64,000 bases of DNA from an uncultured delta proteobacterium (GTDB lineage Bacteria > Myxococcota_A > Polyangia > Polyangiales > B10-G4). Location of the stretch: positions 96,001 to 160,000 of the forward strand of contig CAVSGI010000014.1 of the NCBI GenBank assembly GCA_963727445.1. Reading direction: 5' to 3'. The notes under the pieces are model-generated. The model ran no database searches and was not told the origin of the DNA. It saw only the letters and a program-made list of their open reading frames with translations. This document shows, one piece after another, positions 53,300 through 63,060 of the stretch (within the stretch, counting starts at the first letter, position 1; every line of letters begins with the position of its first letter). The translations under genes were made by a program, and so were the position numbers.

Positions 53300-54778
53300 T
53301 CAGAGGCTGCTGCCCGACGGGGCGAAGGGAAGGATGCTCTTGAGGTCCTCGTCGTTGAAGCGCAGCTGCGCGCCGAGGAAGAAGTCCGCCGTCTCGTTGA
53401 AGGCGTCGTCGATGCCGCCGAGGATCCACAGACGCGAGACGACCTCGTAGGCGACGCGGGCGCGGAAACGCGGGTAGGTGTTGTCGCCGAAGGCGAAGAG
53501 GTCGAGGTTGGCTTCGAGGTCGTCGTCGAAGAGGTGCAGGTCGACGCCGATGCCGCCCGTCGACTCGAGAACGCCGAAGCGGAAGGTGGCGAAAGCGATG
53601 CGCTTGGCGAACTGCAGGGAGAAGCGGAAATCGTCCGTGGTGCTGATGCGGGTCTCGGTATACGAAGCCGGCTCTCCGTCGGCCGGCGGGCTGCGGCGCA
53701 CGGTCGTCTGCGAGAACTGGGTGAAGCCGCGCGGATCGTCGATGAGCTGGATCAGGTAGTAGCGGTCCTCGCGTGGCTGCAGGCGCAGCGAGACGTAGTT
53801 CTTGAAGGTGTTGGCGAGCATGTTGTACTCGCTGCGCAGCTCGACGATGGTCTGAAGGCGCGCGATGGGCCCGACGATGTCTCCCACCCCCTCGGCGATC
53901 CCCTCGATCTCGTCGATGAGCTGCTCGTCCGAGGTCAGCCGCCCGATGGTGCCTTCCCCCGCGGCCGTGCGTCCGGTGATCTCCTCGAGATCACCCATCA
54001 CGCCCTCGAGCTGGTGCGCGGCGCGGTTGATGGAGGCCACCGTGTCGTTGACCTGTCCGCCCGCCTCTGTCAGCCCGTCGCGGTTCTCGCCCACGATCTC
54101 CCGGACGTCGGAGGTGACCGTCTCGACGTTGTCGAGGATGCGGACGATCTGCGGGCCGGCGACGTCGGTGGTCTGCTCGATGTCGCGCAGGGTCGCGGCG
54201 ATCACCTGCTCGTTCTGCTGAATGGTTCGGTTGACGCCCTCCAGCGCCTCGCTGAGGTTCTGCAGGGCGCTCGCCATCTGGTCGCCGCCCTCGTCGGTGC
54301 CGAAGACCCGCTCCACCTGCGCGGCGACCCGCTCCACCGACCGGGCGGTCTGGCCGACGCTCCGCAGGATGTCGTCCGTGGAGGGCGCGTCCTCCAGCAC
54401 CATGATCTGCTCGCCGTCCTCGACGACCCGGTTGCCCTCCGTCCCGGGGAGGATCGCCAAGAGGGATTCGCCGAGGATGCTGGCGGTGCGCTTCGCCACC
54501 CGCGCGTCCTCGTAGAGCGTGATCCCCTCGTCGATGTGGATGTCGACCCGAGCCTGGTCGCCCCAGAGGCGGATGCTGTCGATGTAGCCCACGTCGATGC
54601 CGGCGATGTGGACCCGCGACTTCGGGACCAGCCCCTGGGCGTCGTCGAAAACGGCCCAGACCCGGTAGCCCCCGTCGCCGCCCGCCCGCTCGTCGACGAA
54701 GCGCCAGACCCCATAGGTCGCGCCCACGGCGAGGGCGACCAGGAGGCCGACCTTGGCTGCTTTGACAGAGTCGCGCAT
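53300..54778 (-). CDS. mlaD: MCE/MlaD family protein with long helical region and C-terminal beta domain
   Basis: FDDAQGLVPKSRVHIAGIDVGYI, ASILGE, GTIGRL. Confidence 0.85.
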   Translation of the reverse strand: MRDSVKAAKVGLLVALAVGATYGVWRFVDERAGGDGGYRVWAVFDDAQGLVPKSRVHIAGIDVGYIDSIRLWGDQARVDIHIDEGITLYEDARVAKRTASILGESLLAILPGTEGNRVVEDGEQIMVLEDAPSTDDILRSVGQTARSVERVAAQVERVFGTDEGGDQMASALQNLSEALEGVNRTIQQNEQVIAATLRDIEQTTDVAGPQIVRILDNVETVTSDVREIVGENRDGLTEAGGQVNDTVASINRAAHQLEGVMGDLEEITGRTAAGEGTIGRLTSDEQLIDEIEGIAEGVGDIVGPIARLQTIVELRSEYNMLANTFKNYVSLRLQPREDRYYLIQLIDDPRGFTQFSQTTVRRSPPADGEPASYTETRISTTDDFRFSLQFAKRIAFATFRFGVLESTGGIGVDLHLFDDDLEANLDLFAFGDNTYPRFRARVAYEVVSRLWILGGIDDAFNETADFFLGAQLRFNDEDLKSILPFAPSGSSL

Positions 54779-54916
54779 GCGGGGGCTTTTCGATCGTAGC
54801 GGGTCAGCCCTGAGGGGCGCCACCAACCGACATGGAACGGCACAATTGTGGAGCGAAATTGCGGCCCCCGGGAGCGACGTCACGATTGACCGGACGCGCG
54901 CCCAGAGGGCACTCTG

Positions 54917-55381
54917 ATGCCCGTGCGAGGTCCGTATCTGTTCAGTTGTTTCGCGGTGCTGGTCGGCCTGGGCTGCGGCACCGTCGACCCGGGCGACAAC
55001 TTCGTGAGCCCCACCCTCATGCTCGACGAGGATTTCTTCTACTGCCGGATCCAGCCGGAGGTCATCACCCCCCAGAGCTGCGCCTCGGGTGCGGCTGGCG
55101 AAGGGGGTGATTGCCACTCCGCCCGTTCGGCTCTCCGCCTCGACCCCATGGCCGAGATGGACGCGCCCCCCGAATGCGACGGGAACTTCCTCGTGGGCAC
55201 ACCGCCCGCGAGCTACCGCGACAACTTCCAGAGCGTGCAGTTCACGGTGCAGACCGACCCGCTCTCCAGTCCCTTCTATCGCCGCCCGGTGGGCCTCGAC
55301 TCCCACCCGCGTCAAATCTTCCCCGAAGGCAGTCCGGAAGCAGACCTGATCATCGAATGGATCGGGGCCGGAGGGATGTGA
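54917..55381 (+). CDS. Lipoprotein with an atypical CX(n)CH motif
   Basis: Lipobox GLGC, FFYCRIQPEVI..SCASGAAGEGGDCHS, later HP. Confidence 0.7.
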   Translation: MPVRGPYLFSCFAVLVGLGCGTVDPGDNFVSPTLMLDEDFFYCRIQPEVITPQSCASGAAGEGGDCHSARSALRLDPMAEMDAPPECDGNFLVGTPPASYRDNFQSVQFTVQTDPLSSPFYRRPVGLDSHPRQIFPEGSPEADLIIEWIGAGGM

Positions 55382-56172
55382 AGCCGCGACTCCTCATCCT
55401 CGCCCTCGCCTGGGGGCTCAGCATCACGAGCATCTCTTCTTCGGCCGCGGCTGACGACGACGTGGAGCCCTACGCGCGCGTCATCGTCGATCGCACCATC
55501 CTCCGCTCGGGCCCAGGCGCGAGCTACCGGCGGGTCTACGTCGCGGAACGCAACGAGGTGTTCCCGGTGCACGCCCGCTCGACCCGCGGGGGCTACTGGT
55601 TTCAGGTCGAGCTCCCCGACGCGACGCTCGGTTCGATCCTCGGCGACACCGTCTACGTTCACGAGGTCACGGACGAGGAGGCGAGCGGGGGCCGCTTCTT
55701 GCCGGGTCTCTTCGCGCCCCCTCCCCTGCCCGACGCGGTAGGCGAGCTGGCGGTGGTCGGGGGCGCCCTCGGTACGCGCTTCGGTTTTGGCGGCGGCGGC
55801 GGCTTCATGGCCATCCGCCCCACCATCTACCTGGTCCCGCAGTTCGGCTTCGAGGCCACCCTGTCGGCGACCGTGTCGCAACAAGGGCGCATCTACATGG
55901 GCACGCTCGGCGCGATCATCAATCTCTTCCCGCGCTCACCCATCGTCCCCTACCTCGTGGTCGGCGGCGGCGGCTCCATCAGCGACCCGAACGCCGACAC
56001 CTTCCTCCTCGAAGGAGGCACCACGGCGGTCGCCTATGGCGGCGGCGGACTGCGCTTCGGCTTCCTCTATCGAATCACGCTCCGTATCGAGGCGCGTGCG
56101 TACGCCTTCTTCACCCCCGACCTCTACGTCCCTCAGGAGGAGTTCAGCGGTGGCTTCACTGTTTTCTTCTAG
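55378..56172 (+). CDS. SH3-like domain + small outer-membrane beta-barrel protein
   Basis: LRSGPGASYR and YWFQVEL (SH3b-like), IVPYLVVGGG, terminal Phe. Confidence 0.7.
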   Translation: MKPRLLILALAWGLSITSISSSAAADDDVEPYARVIVDRTILRSGPGASYRRVYVAERNEVFPVHARSTRGGYWFQVELPDATLGSILGDTVYVHEVTDEEASGGRFLPGLFAPPPLPDAVGELAVVGGALGTRFGFGGGGGFMAIRPTIYLVPQFGFEATLSATVSQQGRIYMGTLGAIINLFPRSPIVPYLVVGGGGSISDPNADTFLLEGGTTAVAYGGGGLRFGFLYRITLRIEARAYAFFTPDLYVPQEEFSGGFTVFF

Positions 56173-56383
56173 AACGCTCGCATCGGCAGTGCTCGTCGTC
56201 GTCTCCCTGTTCGGCATCACCGGCTGCGTCACCGTGCGCCCCGAGGACAAGGAGTTCCTCGCGCAGCCCTCCATGACCTTCGGCGGCGGACCCACCAAGG
56301 CCCACGACGAGCACATCTTCTCGAACCGCGAGGGTTCCTACGGCGCCGGCGGCGTGACGGGAGGCGGCTGCGGATGCAACTGA
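56150..56383 (+). CDS. DUF4266 family lipoprotein
   Basis: AGGAGG RBS, GCVTVRP.DKEFLA.PSM, REGS, C-terminal GGGCGCN. Confidence 0.85.
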   Translation: MASLFSSRTLASAVLVVVSLFGITGCVTVRPEDKEFLAQPSMTFGGGPTKAHDEHIFSNREGSYGAGGVTGGGCGCN

Positions 56384-57648
56384 GCACCCGGAAAGCTCCG
56401 GGTCGCCACGCTCCCACGCGCTCACCCGGGCGCTGGCCGTGGACGAACGCCCTCGCGCTGTGGGCCGTGGCCGCCCTGGCCGCGGTGCCGGCGTCCGCGC
56501 GCGCGCAGAGCTCGGCCGACGTCACGGGCACGGTCTTCTACGAGTCCGGCGGACCGCTCAACATGCTCGTCATCAACCCCGGGGTGGACGTCAACGGCAA
56601 TCTCGGGCCGGTGGACGTCTCGGTCGGCTACGAGGCGGACATCGTCAGCGGCGCGAGCGTGGCGGTGGTCGACGCACCCGCGCCCGAGGTCGACGCCATC
56701 TCCACCGCCACCCAGCTCAACGACGTTCGCCACACGGCCAAGGGCGCCCTCACCCTCGAGTCCGACTTCGCCACCCTCACCGGTGGGTACAGCTTCGGTC
56801 GTGAGAACGATTACCGGTCGCACAGTATGTTCCTGGCGGCCCGGGCCGAGATGTTCGAGCGCGACACGGCCTTCGACATCAGCTACGCGCGCGGCTGGGA
56901 TTCGGTCTGCAACATGCCGATCTCGGACAACCCCGAGGCCGTGGACCGACCCCGCATGCCGAACTCCCAGGGGTGTTTCGACGACAGCGATCCCACGCGC
57001 GTCGAGCTCCCACTGAACCTGCAGACCTTCCAGGGTGGGTGGACCCAGGCCTGGACGCCCATCTTCACCACCCAGGCGACCTTCACCGCGCAGGTCCTCG
57101 AGGGCTATCAAGGCAATCCCTACCGCGCGGTCTGGCTCGGAAGATCGGCAGCTCAGGAGCACCACCCCGACAACCGAACGCGCTACGCCATCGGCATCGA
57201 CTCGCGCCTCTACCTCGAGCCACTCGCAGGCACACTGTCGGCGACGGTGCGCGGTTATCGCGACACCTGGGACATCCTCAGCATCACCGCCGAGCTCGGC
57301 TACTACCAGCAGATCGGTGAAAACCTGAGCCTCAAGGTGCGCGGTCGCTACTACAACCAGACGAGCGCCATCTTCTTCTCGGACAATTACGCGCTCATGC
57401 CGCGCGGCGAATACTTCACGGGCGACCGTGAGCTGTCGGCGATGAGCAGCTGGGTCATCGGCGGCACTCTGAAGCTGGACATCCCTGCCAGCGACGGAGG
57501 CGCGGTTCTCGGATTCATGGAGACCTTCGCGTTGGTCGGCAAAGCAGACGTGATGTTGATGGACTTCCCCGACTTCCACTACGGGCGCGTCGCGGTCCCG
57601 AACACCACGGCCATCACCGGCACCCTGTCCCTGGAGTCGACCTTCTGA
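56374..57648 (+). CDS. DUF3570 family outer-membrane protein
   Basis: Overlaps DUF4266 with the typical MQLS start; DIVSGAS, ENDYRS, NPYR, YRDTWDI, TGDRELS. Confidence 0.8.
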   Translation: MQLSTRKAPGRHAPTRSPGRWPWTNALALWAVAALAAVPASARAQSSADVTGTVFYESGGPLNMLVINPGVDVNGNLGPVDVSVGYEADIVSGASVAVVDAPAPEVDAISTATQLNDVRHTAKGALTLESDFATLTGGYSFGRENDYRSHSMFLAARAEMFERDTAFDISYARGWDSVCNMPISDNPEAVDRPRMPNSQGCFDDSDPTRVELPLNLQTFQGGWTQAWTPIFTTQATFTAQVLEGYQGNPYRAVWLGRSAAQEHHPDNRTRYAIGIDSRLYLEPLAGTLSATVRGYRDTWDILSITAELGYYQQIGENLSLKVRGRYYNQTSAIFFSDNYALMPRGEYFTGDRELSAMSSWVIGGTLKLDIPASDGGAVLGFMETFALVGKADVMLMDFPDFHYGRVAVPNTTAITGTLSLESTF

Positions 57649-58580
57649 TGCGTGCGCGCGCCGCTCTCCTCGCCGCCGTGCTCGCCGCCGGCTGTGGAAA
57701 CCAGGTCAACGGTCAGGCGCCGGCGCAGGAGACAATCGACGAGGGGCCGCCGCCACCGGCAGGCTCCACCTGCACCGACCGCTGCCCGCACGGCCAGCTC
57801 TGCGTCGAAGGCCACTGTCGCTATCGCCAGAGCAGCACGGCCGGCGAGATCCAGGCGGCGGGCGCCGCGGCTCAGCTGGCGGTGGGCGACGCCGCCGGCG
57901 CGCTCGCGAGCTACGAGCTGGCGCTCGAAGCCTTCGCCGCCGCCGAGGTCGCCGTGCCACCCGAGGTGCTCTGCGGCGCGGCCAAGGCAGCCCTCCGCGT
58001 GGCGACCAATCAGGAGACGAAAGAAGCCGCCGCGCGGCGCGCGGACGCGTGCTTCCGGGGCTCGCTCCCGGGCGACCCGCTCCGCGTGGAGGTGGAGGCC
58101 ATGATCTCGCGGCTGCGCTTCGACGGGCTCGACATGGGCGCCTTCGATCGCGCCGAGCCCGCCGATGCGTTCTTCACCCAGGCCCCGAGCCGCCCCACTC
58201 TCGATGCGGTCGAGGTCGCGCTCTCGATCGGCGACAGCGAGGAGCGCGGCTTCACCGAGCTGAGCGAGCGTCTGCTGGGCGAGTCCGCTCACCACGCCAT
58301 CGCCGGCTGCTTCGTCGAGGAGTGGGAGCGGACGCACGAGCGCCAACAGCACGCGAACTTGCTCCTGAAGTTCCAGACGCATCTGCGCGACATGGGTGAC
58401 TACGACCTCTACACGCCGGAGGTCGAAGTGGTGGCCGGCTCCGGTGAAGGCGAATCCGAGGCAGACGCCTTCGCGACCTGCCTGGCCGAGCACCTCGCGA
58501 CGGCGGTCGGCGCCGATCTGTCGAGCTTCCGCGGCAGCGTGAGCGCCTGGGAAGAACCTTCGAGATCACGGCTCGCGTGA
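57648..58580 (+). CDS. Putative lipoprotein (3' end uncertain)
   Basis: Lipobox AAGC, small Cys cluster (CPHGQLCVEGHC). Confidence 0.6.
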   Translation: MRARAALLAAVLAAGCGNQVNGQAPAQETIDEGPPPPAGSTCTDRCPHGQLCVEGHCRYRQSSTAGEIQAAGAAAQLAVGDAAGALASYELALEAFAAAEVAVPPEVLCGAAKAALRVATNQETKEAAARRADACFRGSLPGDPLRVEVEAMISRLRFDGLDMGAFDRAEPADAFFTQAPSRPTLDAVEVALSIGDSEERGFTELSERLLGESAHHAIAGCFVEEWERTHERQQHANLLLKFQTHLRDMGDYDLYTPEVEVVAGSGEGESEADAFATCLAEHLATAVGADLSSFRGSVSAWEEPSRSRLA

Positions 58581-58597
58581 ACTGAGCGGTCTGTCCG

Positions 58598-59689
58598 TCA
58601 GAGGCCGCCGAGGCGGTACTGAGTGATCAGCCCTGCCAGGACGCTGAAGCTTCCCGTGCGGAACTCGTGGGCGAAGTAGAGACCCGAGCGGACGAAGAGG
58701 GTGAAGTCCCACACCGCGGGAAAGGGTTTGGGCCACCAGGCCATCACGAAGAGCCCCGCCTGGTGCCCGGTGTAGCCCGCGTTCGGGACGTGACGGTACG
58801 AGTCGAACAAGCCGTAGCGAAAGGCGAAGGCATCGGTGACGCGTGTCTCGACTCCGAGGAAAGCCTCGTTGGCGATGATCCAATCCTGCTTACGCATGAT
58901 CGCATCCCATCGCATGTTGAAGTAGTAGCTCGCGTCGCCGATGTCGTAGTAGCTGACGTTGAGGATGCTCAGAAGCAGGATGGCCCAGATGGGGCTCAGC
59001 GCGACCTTCGCGCGAAGGACGGCGTAGAGGTTGAGATTGAAGCCCGTCGCGGTGGTTCCCGCGCCGGCGGGCAGGTCCTCGTTCCGAAAGCCCCCGTGAT
59101 AATCGGTGCGGGGATAGTAGCCGGCGCGGTTGGTGGGAAGCGGCCAGTAGACGAGACCGCTCGCCTCTGCGCGGAACATCAGAAACGACAGCGGTGAGAT
59201 CTGCGCGTAGCCGCCGAGGTGGCTGAAGGCCGGCGAGGTCTCGTTGAGGATCCCGATCTCGACGTTCGTGTAGTCGAAGAGCACGCCCGGCTTTCGGACG
59301 AGCGGAAAGCACATGCCCAGACGCAGCTGGCTGAGCGCCCCGGTCGGATTCGTCTGCACCGCAAAGAGCTGGCTCAACACCCACTGCTCTTTGTATTGCC
59401 CCGCGCAATGACGCCCGTTCTCGCGCAGATACTCAGCGGCGCTGAGATTCTCGCGGCGCAGCACCACGACGTCCTCACCGGATCCCGTTCCCGCTGTCGT
59501 GTTCGGCGTGGACGCAGTCGGCGCGGGCCCCTCTCGTTGGGTATCCGGTGGCCCTTCACCCCCGTGGGGTTCGTCCCCCTGGTCCGCAGGAACCGTTCCC
59601 GTTCCCGTTCCCCTCGGCCCCTCCTGCGCGCGGGCGTTGGTCGCGACCATCAGAGCCAACGAAAGACAGAGTCCCAGCGTCCGAACCAC
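58598..59689 (-). CDS. Putative outer-membrane beta-barrel protein with a repeat inserted after the signal peptide
   Basis: Signal peptide ending ARA-Q, aromatic beta-strands, in-frame repeat near the N-terminus. Confidence 0.65.
   Translation of the reverse strand: MVRTLGLCLSLALMVATNARAQEGPRGTGTGTVPADQGDEPHGGEGPPDTQREGPAPTASTPNTTAGTGSGEDVVVLRRENLSAAEYLRENGRHCAGQYKEQWVLSQLFAVQTNPTGALSQLRLGMCFPLVRKPGVLFDYTNVEIGILNETSPAFSHLGGYAQISPLSFLMFRAEASGLVYWPLPTNRAGYYPRTDYHGGFRNEDLPAGAGTTATGFNLNLYAVLRAKVALSPIWAILLLSILNVSYYDIGDASYYFNMRWDAIMRKQDWIIANEAFLGVETRVTDAFAFRYGLFDSYRHVPNAGYTGHQAGLFVMAWWPKPFPAVWDFTLFVRSGLYFAHEFRTGSFSVLAGLITQYRLGGL
59484..59612 (-). repeat. Dispersed ~120-bp intragenic element, copy 2
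   Basis: Reverse complement matches 15013-15133; GGGAAC flanks. Confidence 0.9.
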
Positions 59690-59746
59690 CGCGCGAGTCT
59701 ACATGGGCATGGACGGGGCGTCGCCGCCTGATATGGTCCGCGCGCG

Positions 59747-60544
59747 ATGCATCCCGCTCTCGCCGCCGCCCTGGGAGCGGTCCAAGGTCTGACCGAGTTC
59801 CTGCCGGTCTCCAGCAGCGGCCACGTCTCGGTCATGGCCCTGTTCTTCGGCATTCCGGACATGCCGCTGTCGATGGTGATCGTCGTCCACGCCGGTACCC
59901 TGGTCGCGACGCTCCTGGTCGTGGGGCGGGACGTGGGGCAGCTGACGTCGCAGAGCCTGCGGTCCTTCACCCGGCCCAAGGCGTTCCTCGCGACCGACCA
60001 GGGCCGCCTGGTGGCCGGCGTGGTGATCGCCACCCTTCCGACCGCGGTCATCGGCCTCGCGATCAAGGACCTGGTCGAGTCCTGGTCCCACGTGCCCTGG
60101 ATCGTGGCCCTCTGCTTTCTCGGCACAGCCGGCATCCTCTGGACGACACGCGGCACACAAGCGGGCCAGAAGGTCACCCTCTCCTACGGCGCGTACTTCC
60201 TCATCGGCCTGGCCCAGGGTCTGGCGGTGCTGCCGGGCATCAGCCGGAGCGGCACCACCATCGCGGTGGCGATGCTCCTCGGGATGAAGCCCGGAGAGGC
60301 CTTTCGCTTCTCCTTCCTCCTGTCCCTGCCCGCCGTCTTCGGCGCGGTGGTCCTCGAGCTGCGCGACCCCGCGGTGCTCGCCCAGCTCGGCAACGCGGCG
60401 TGGATCGCGGGCACCGTCGCGTGCGTCGTGGGTTGGGGCTGCCTCCTGCTGCTCCGGCGAGTGGTCGACAGCGGACGGCTGTGGATCTTCTCGCTCTATC
60501 TGGTACCCGTCGCGACGGGCCTGCTCATCTGGGACCTCCTCTGA
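59747..60544 (+). CDS. uppP: Undecaprenyl-diphosphate phosphatase
   Basis: VQGLTEFLPVSSSGH, PGISRSGTT, FSFLLSLP. Confidence 0.95.
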   Translation: MHPALAAALGAVQGLTEFLPVSSSGHVSVMALFFGIPDMPLSMVIVVHAGTLVATLLVVGRDVGQLTSQSLRSFTRPKAFLATDQGRLVAGVVIATLPTAVIGLAIKDLVESWSHVPWIVALCFLGTAGILWTTRGTQAGQKVTLSYGAYFLIGLAQGLAVLPGISRSGTTIAVAMLLGMKPGEAFRFSFLLSLPAVFGAVVLELRDPAVLAQLGNAAWIAGTVACVVGWGCLLLLRRVVDSGRLWIFSLYLVPVATGLLIWDLL

Positions 60545-60554
60545 AGATCACGAC

Positions 60555-61634
60555 ATGGCAAACGACGACGCACACACCCACGCGGTGATCATGGCCGGCG
60601 GCTCGGGCAAGCGCTTCTGGCCCGCATCCCGCCGCGCCCGCCCCAAACAGCTCCTCCCCCTCGCGGGGGGAGACGAGCCGTTGATCGCCGCCACGCTCCG
60701 GCGCCTCGAGGGCCTCGCGACGGCGGAGCACAGCTGGATCGTCACCAGCGAGCTCCTCGCCGAGGCCACCGCGAAGGCCGTTCCCTCCCTGCCGCGCGAC
60801 AACGTCCTGGCGGAGCCGGTGGGACGCAACACCGCGCCGTGCGTGGGCTGGGCCGCTTCGATCATCGCGCGCACCGATCCCGAAGCGGTGATCGCGGTTC
60901 TGCCCGCCGACCATCACATCGGTGATGAGGAGGGCTACCGGGCGGTGCTCGCGCGCGCCATCGCCGCCGCGCGACAGGGCGACGTCGTCACCGTCGGCAT
61001 CACCCCCACCCGCCCCGAGACCGGCTACGGCTACATCGAGGTCGGCGAAGAGATCGCCGCCGGCGTGAACCGCGCCCAGCGCTTCGTCGAGAAGCCGGAC
61101 CGGGCGCGCGCCGAGGAGTATCTCGCCCAGGGACGCTTCCTCTGGAACAGCGGGATGTTCTTCTTCCGCGCCGACGTGATCCTCGCTGCCATCCGCGAGC
61201 ACCTGCCGGAGCTCGGAAGCGCCCTCGCCGACTTCGATGCGGCGGCCGCGGAAGGCAAGGAGACAGCGGTCGTGACCGAGCGCTACTCCTCGCTTCCCTC
61301 GATCTCGATCGATCACGGCGTGATGGAGAAGGCGGAGCGCGTGGCTGTGGTGCCCGGCGACTTCGGCTGGTCCGATCTCGGCAGCTGGACCACCGCCTGG
61401 GAGCTCGCCGACAAAGACCAGCATGACGACGCCGGGCCCGAGGACGCGATCTTCATCGACGCCTCCGGCAGCTACGTCCGCGCGCCCGCCGGCAAGCTCG
61501 TCGCCCTGGTGGGCGTGAAGGATCTGGTGATCGTCGATACCGAAGACGCCCTGCTGGTGGTGCCGCGTGACCAGGCGCAGCGGGTCCGCGAGGTGGTCGA
61601 GGCCCTCGAGGCGCGAGGCGACCGCCGGCTCTGA
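60555..61634 (+). CDS. manC: Mannose-1-phosphate guanylyltransferase
   Basis: AGGSGKRFWPASR..PKQ, EPVGRNTAP, PADH, ETGYGYI, FVEKP, WNSGMF, WSDLGSW. Confidence 0.93.
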   Translation: MANDDAHTHAVIMAGGSGKRFWPASRRARPKQLLPLAGGDEPLIAATLRRLEGLATAEHSWIVTSELLAEATAKAVPSLPRDNVLAEPVGRNTAPCVGWAASIIARTDPEAVIAVLPADHHIGDEEGYRAVLARAIAAARQGDVVTVGITPTRPETGYGYIEVGEEIAAGVNRAQRFVEKPDRARAEEYLAQGRFLWNSGMFFFRADVILAAIREHLPELGSALADFDAAAAEGKETAVVTERYSSLPSISIDHGVMEKAERVAVVPGDFGWSDLGSWTTAWELADKDQHDDAGPEDAIFIDASGSYVRAPAGKLVALVGVKDLVIVDTEDALLVVPRDQAQRVREVVEALEARGDRRL

Positions 61635-61692
61635 TCCGATCGCGCCGTCGTCCGCGTCGACAGGGGTGGGTCTGTGGGGGTAAATAGCCGCC

Positions 61693-63060
61693 ATGACCGC
61701 CCACATCTTTCGCCAGTACGACATCCGGGGGGTCGCCGAGCGCGACATGCCGAGCGAGCTCGTCACCGATCTCGGCCGCGCCATCGGCACCTTCCTCTCG
61801 CGAAAGGGCGCGGAGCCCGGACGGCCGCCCCGCATCGCTGTCGGCCGCGATTGCCGGCTGAGCTCGCCCCGGCTGCACGAGGCGCTCACCGAGGGTCTGC
61901 TCGAGACCGGCGTGAGGCTGGTGGACATCGGCGTGACCCCCACCCCGCTCATGTACTTCAGCGTCTTTCAGCGCGAGCTCGACGGAGGCGTGCAGATCAC
62001 CGGAAGCCACAATCCGCCCGAGGACAACGGCTTCAAGATGATGGCCGGCAAGGGCACCCTCCACGGCGAAGACATCCAGCGCCTGCGCGAGATGATCGAC
62101 GCCCGCGACTTCGATCTCTTGGGCGGCGGCACGGTGGAGACGGTCGATCCCCTCCCGGCCTACGAGGGCTTCGTCCGCGGCAACGTGCGCCTTCGTCGGC
62201 GCGACATCCGCTTCGCCATCGACGCGGGCAACGGCGCCGCGGGTCCGGCGGCGGTCGCGGCTCTGCGCGCAGCGGGTCTGGACCCCATCACGCTGCTCTG
62301 TGAGATGGACGGCGCCTTCCCAGTGCACCACCCCGACCCCTCGCTCCCCGAGAACCTCGAGCTCCTCAAGAAGAAGGTCCTCGACGAGAACCTCGAGCTG
62401 GGCGTTGCCTACGACGGCGACGGTGACCGCATCGGCGTGATCGACGCGAAGGGCAACGTGATGTGGGGCGACAAGCTGATGGTCGTCTACTCACGCGCGC
62501 TTCTACGCGAGCGTCCCGGTGCGCCGATCCTCGGCGAGGTGAAGTGCTCGCAGACGATGTACGACGACATCGCCGCGCACGGCGGCCGCCCCATTCTCTG
62601 GAAGACCGGCCACTCCCTCATCAAGTCGAAGATGAAGGAGGAGAAGGCGCTCCTCGCGGGCGAGATGAGCGGACACGTCTTCTTCGCCGACCGGTACTTC
62701 GGTTTCGACGACGCGATCTACGCCACGCTCCGCCTCCTGGAGATCATCGCCGCCGAGGACCGCCCGCTCCACGAACTGATCGCGGATCTCCCCGATACCC
62801 ACGTCACCCCGGAGATCCGCGTGCCCTGCGCGGACGAGGCCAAGTTCCAGGTCGTCGACGAGGTCCTCGCGCACTATCGAAAGTCGCACGACGTGGTGGA
62901 CGTCGACGGCGCCCGGGTGCGTTTCGACGGTGGTTGGGGCCTGGTGCGCGCCAGCAACACCCAGCCCGTGCTGGTGATGCGCTTCGAAGCCGAGAGCGCC
63001 GAGCGACTCGACGCCATCAAGAAGGAAGTGGAACAGGTCGTCGACCGCGCGCAGGGATGA
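61693..63060 (+). CDS. Phosphomannomutase/phosphoglucomutase
   Basis: IFRQYDIRG, TGSHNP, DGDGDR, GEMSGH, RASNT. Confidence 0.95.
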   Translation: MTAHIFRQYDIRGVAERDMPSELVTDLGRAIGTFLSRKGAEPGRPPRIAVGRDCRLSSPRLHEALTEGLLETGVRLVDIGVTPTPLMYFSVFQRELDGGVQITGSHNPPEDNGFKMMAGKGTLHGEDIQRLREMIDARDFDLLGGGTVETVDPLPAYEGFVRGNVRLRRRDIRFAIDAGNGAAGPAAVAALRAAGLDPITLLCEMDGAFPVHHPDPSLPENLELLKKKVLDENLELGVAYDGDGDRIGVIDAKGNVMWGDKLMVVYSRALLRERPGAPILGEVKCSQTMYDDIAAHGGRPILWKTGHSLIKSKMKEEKALLAGEMSGHVFFADRYFGFDDAIYATLRLLEIIAAEDRPLHELIADLPDTHVTPEIRVPCADEAKFQVVDEVLAHYRKSHDVVDVDGARVRFDGGWGLVRASNTQPVLVMRFEAESAERLDAIKKEVEQVVDRAQG

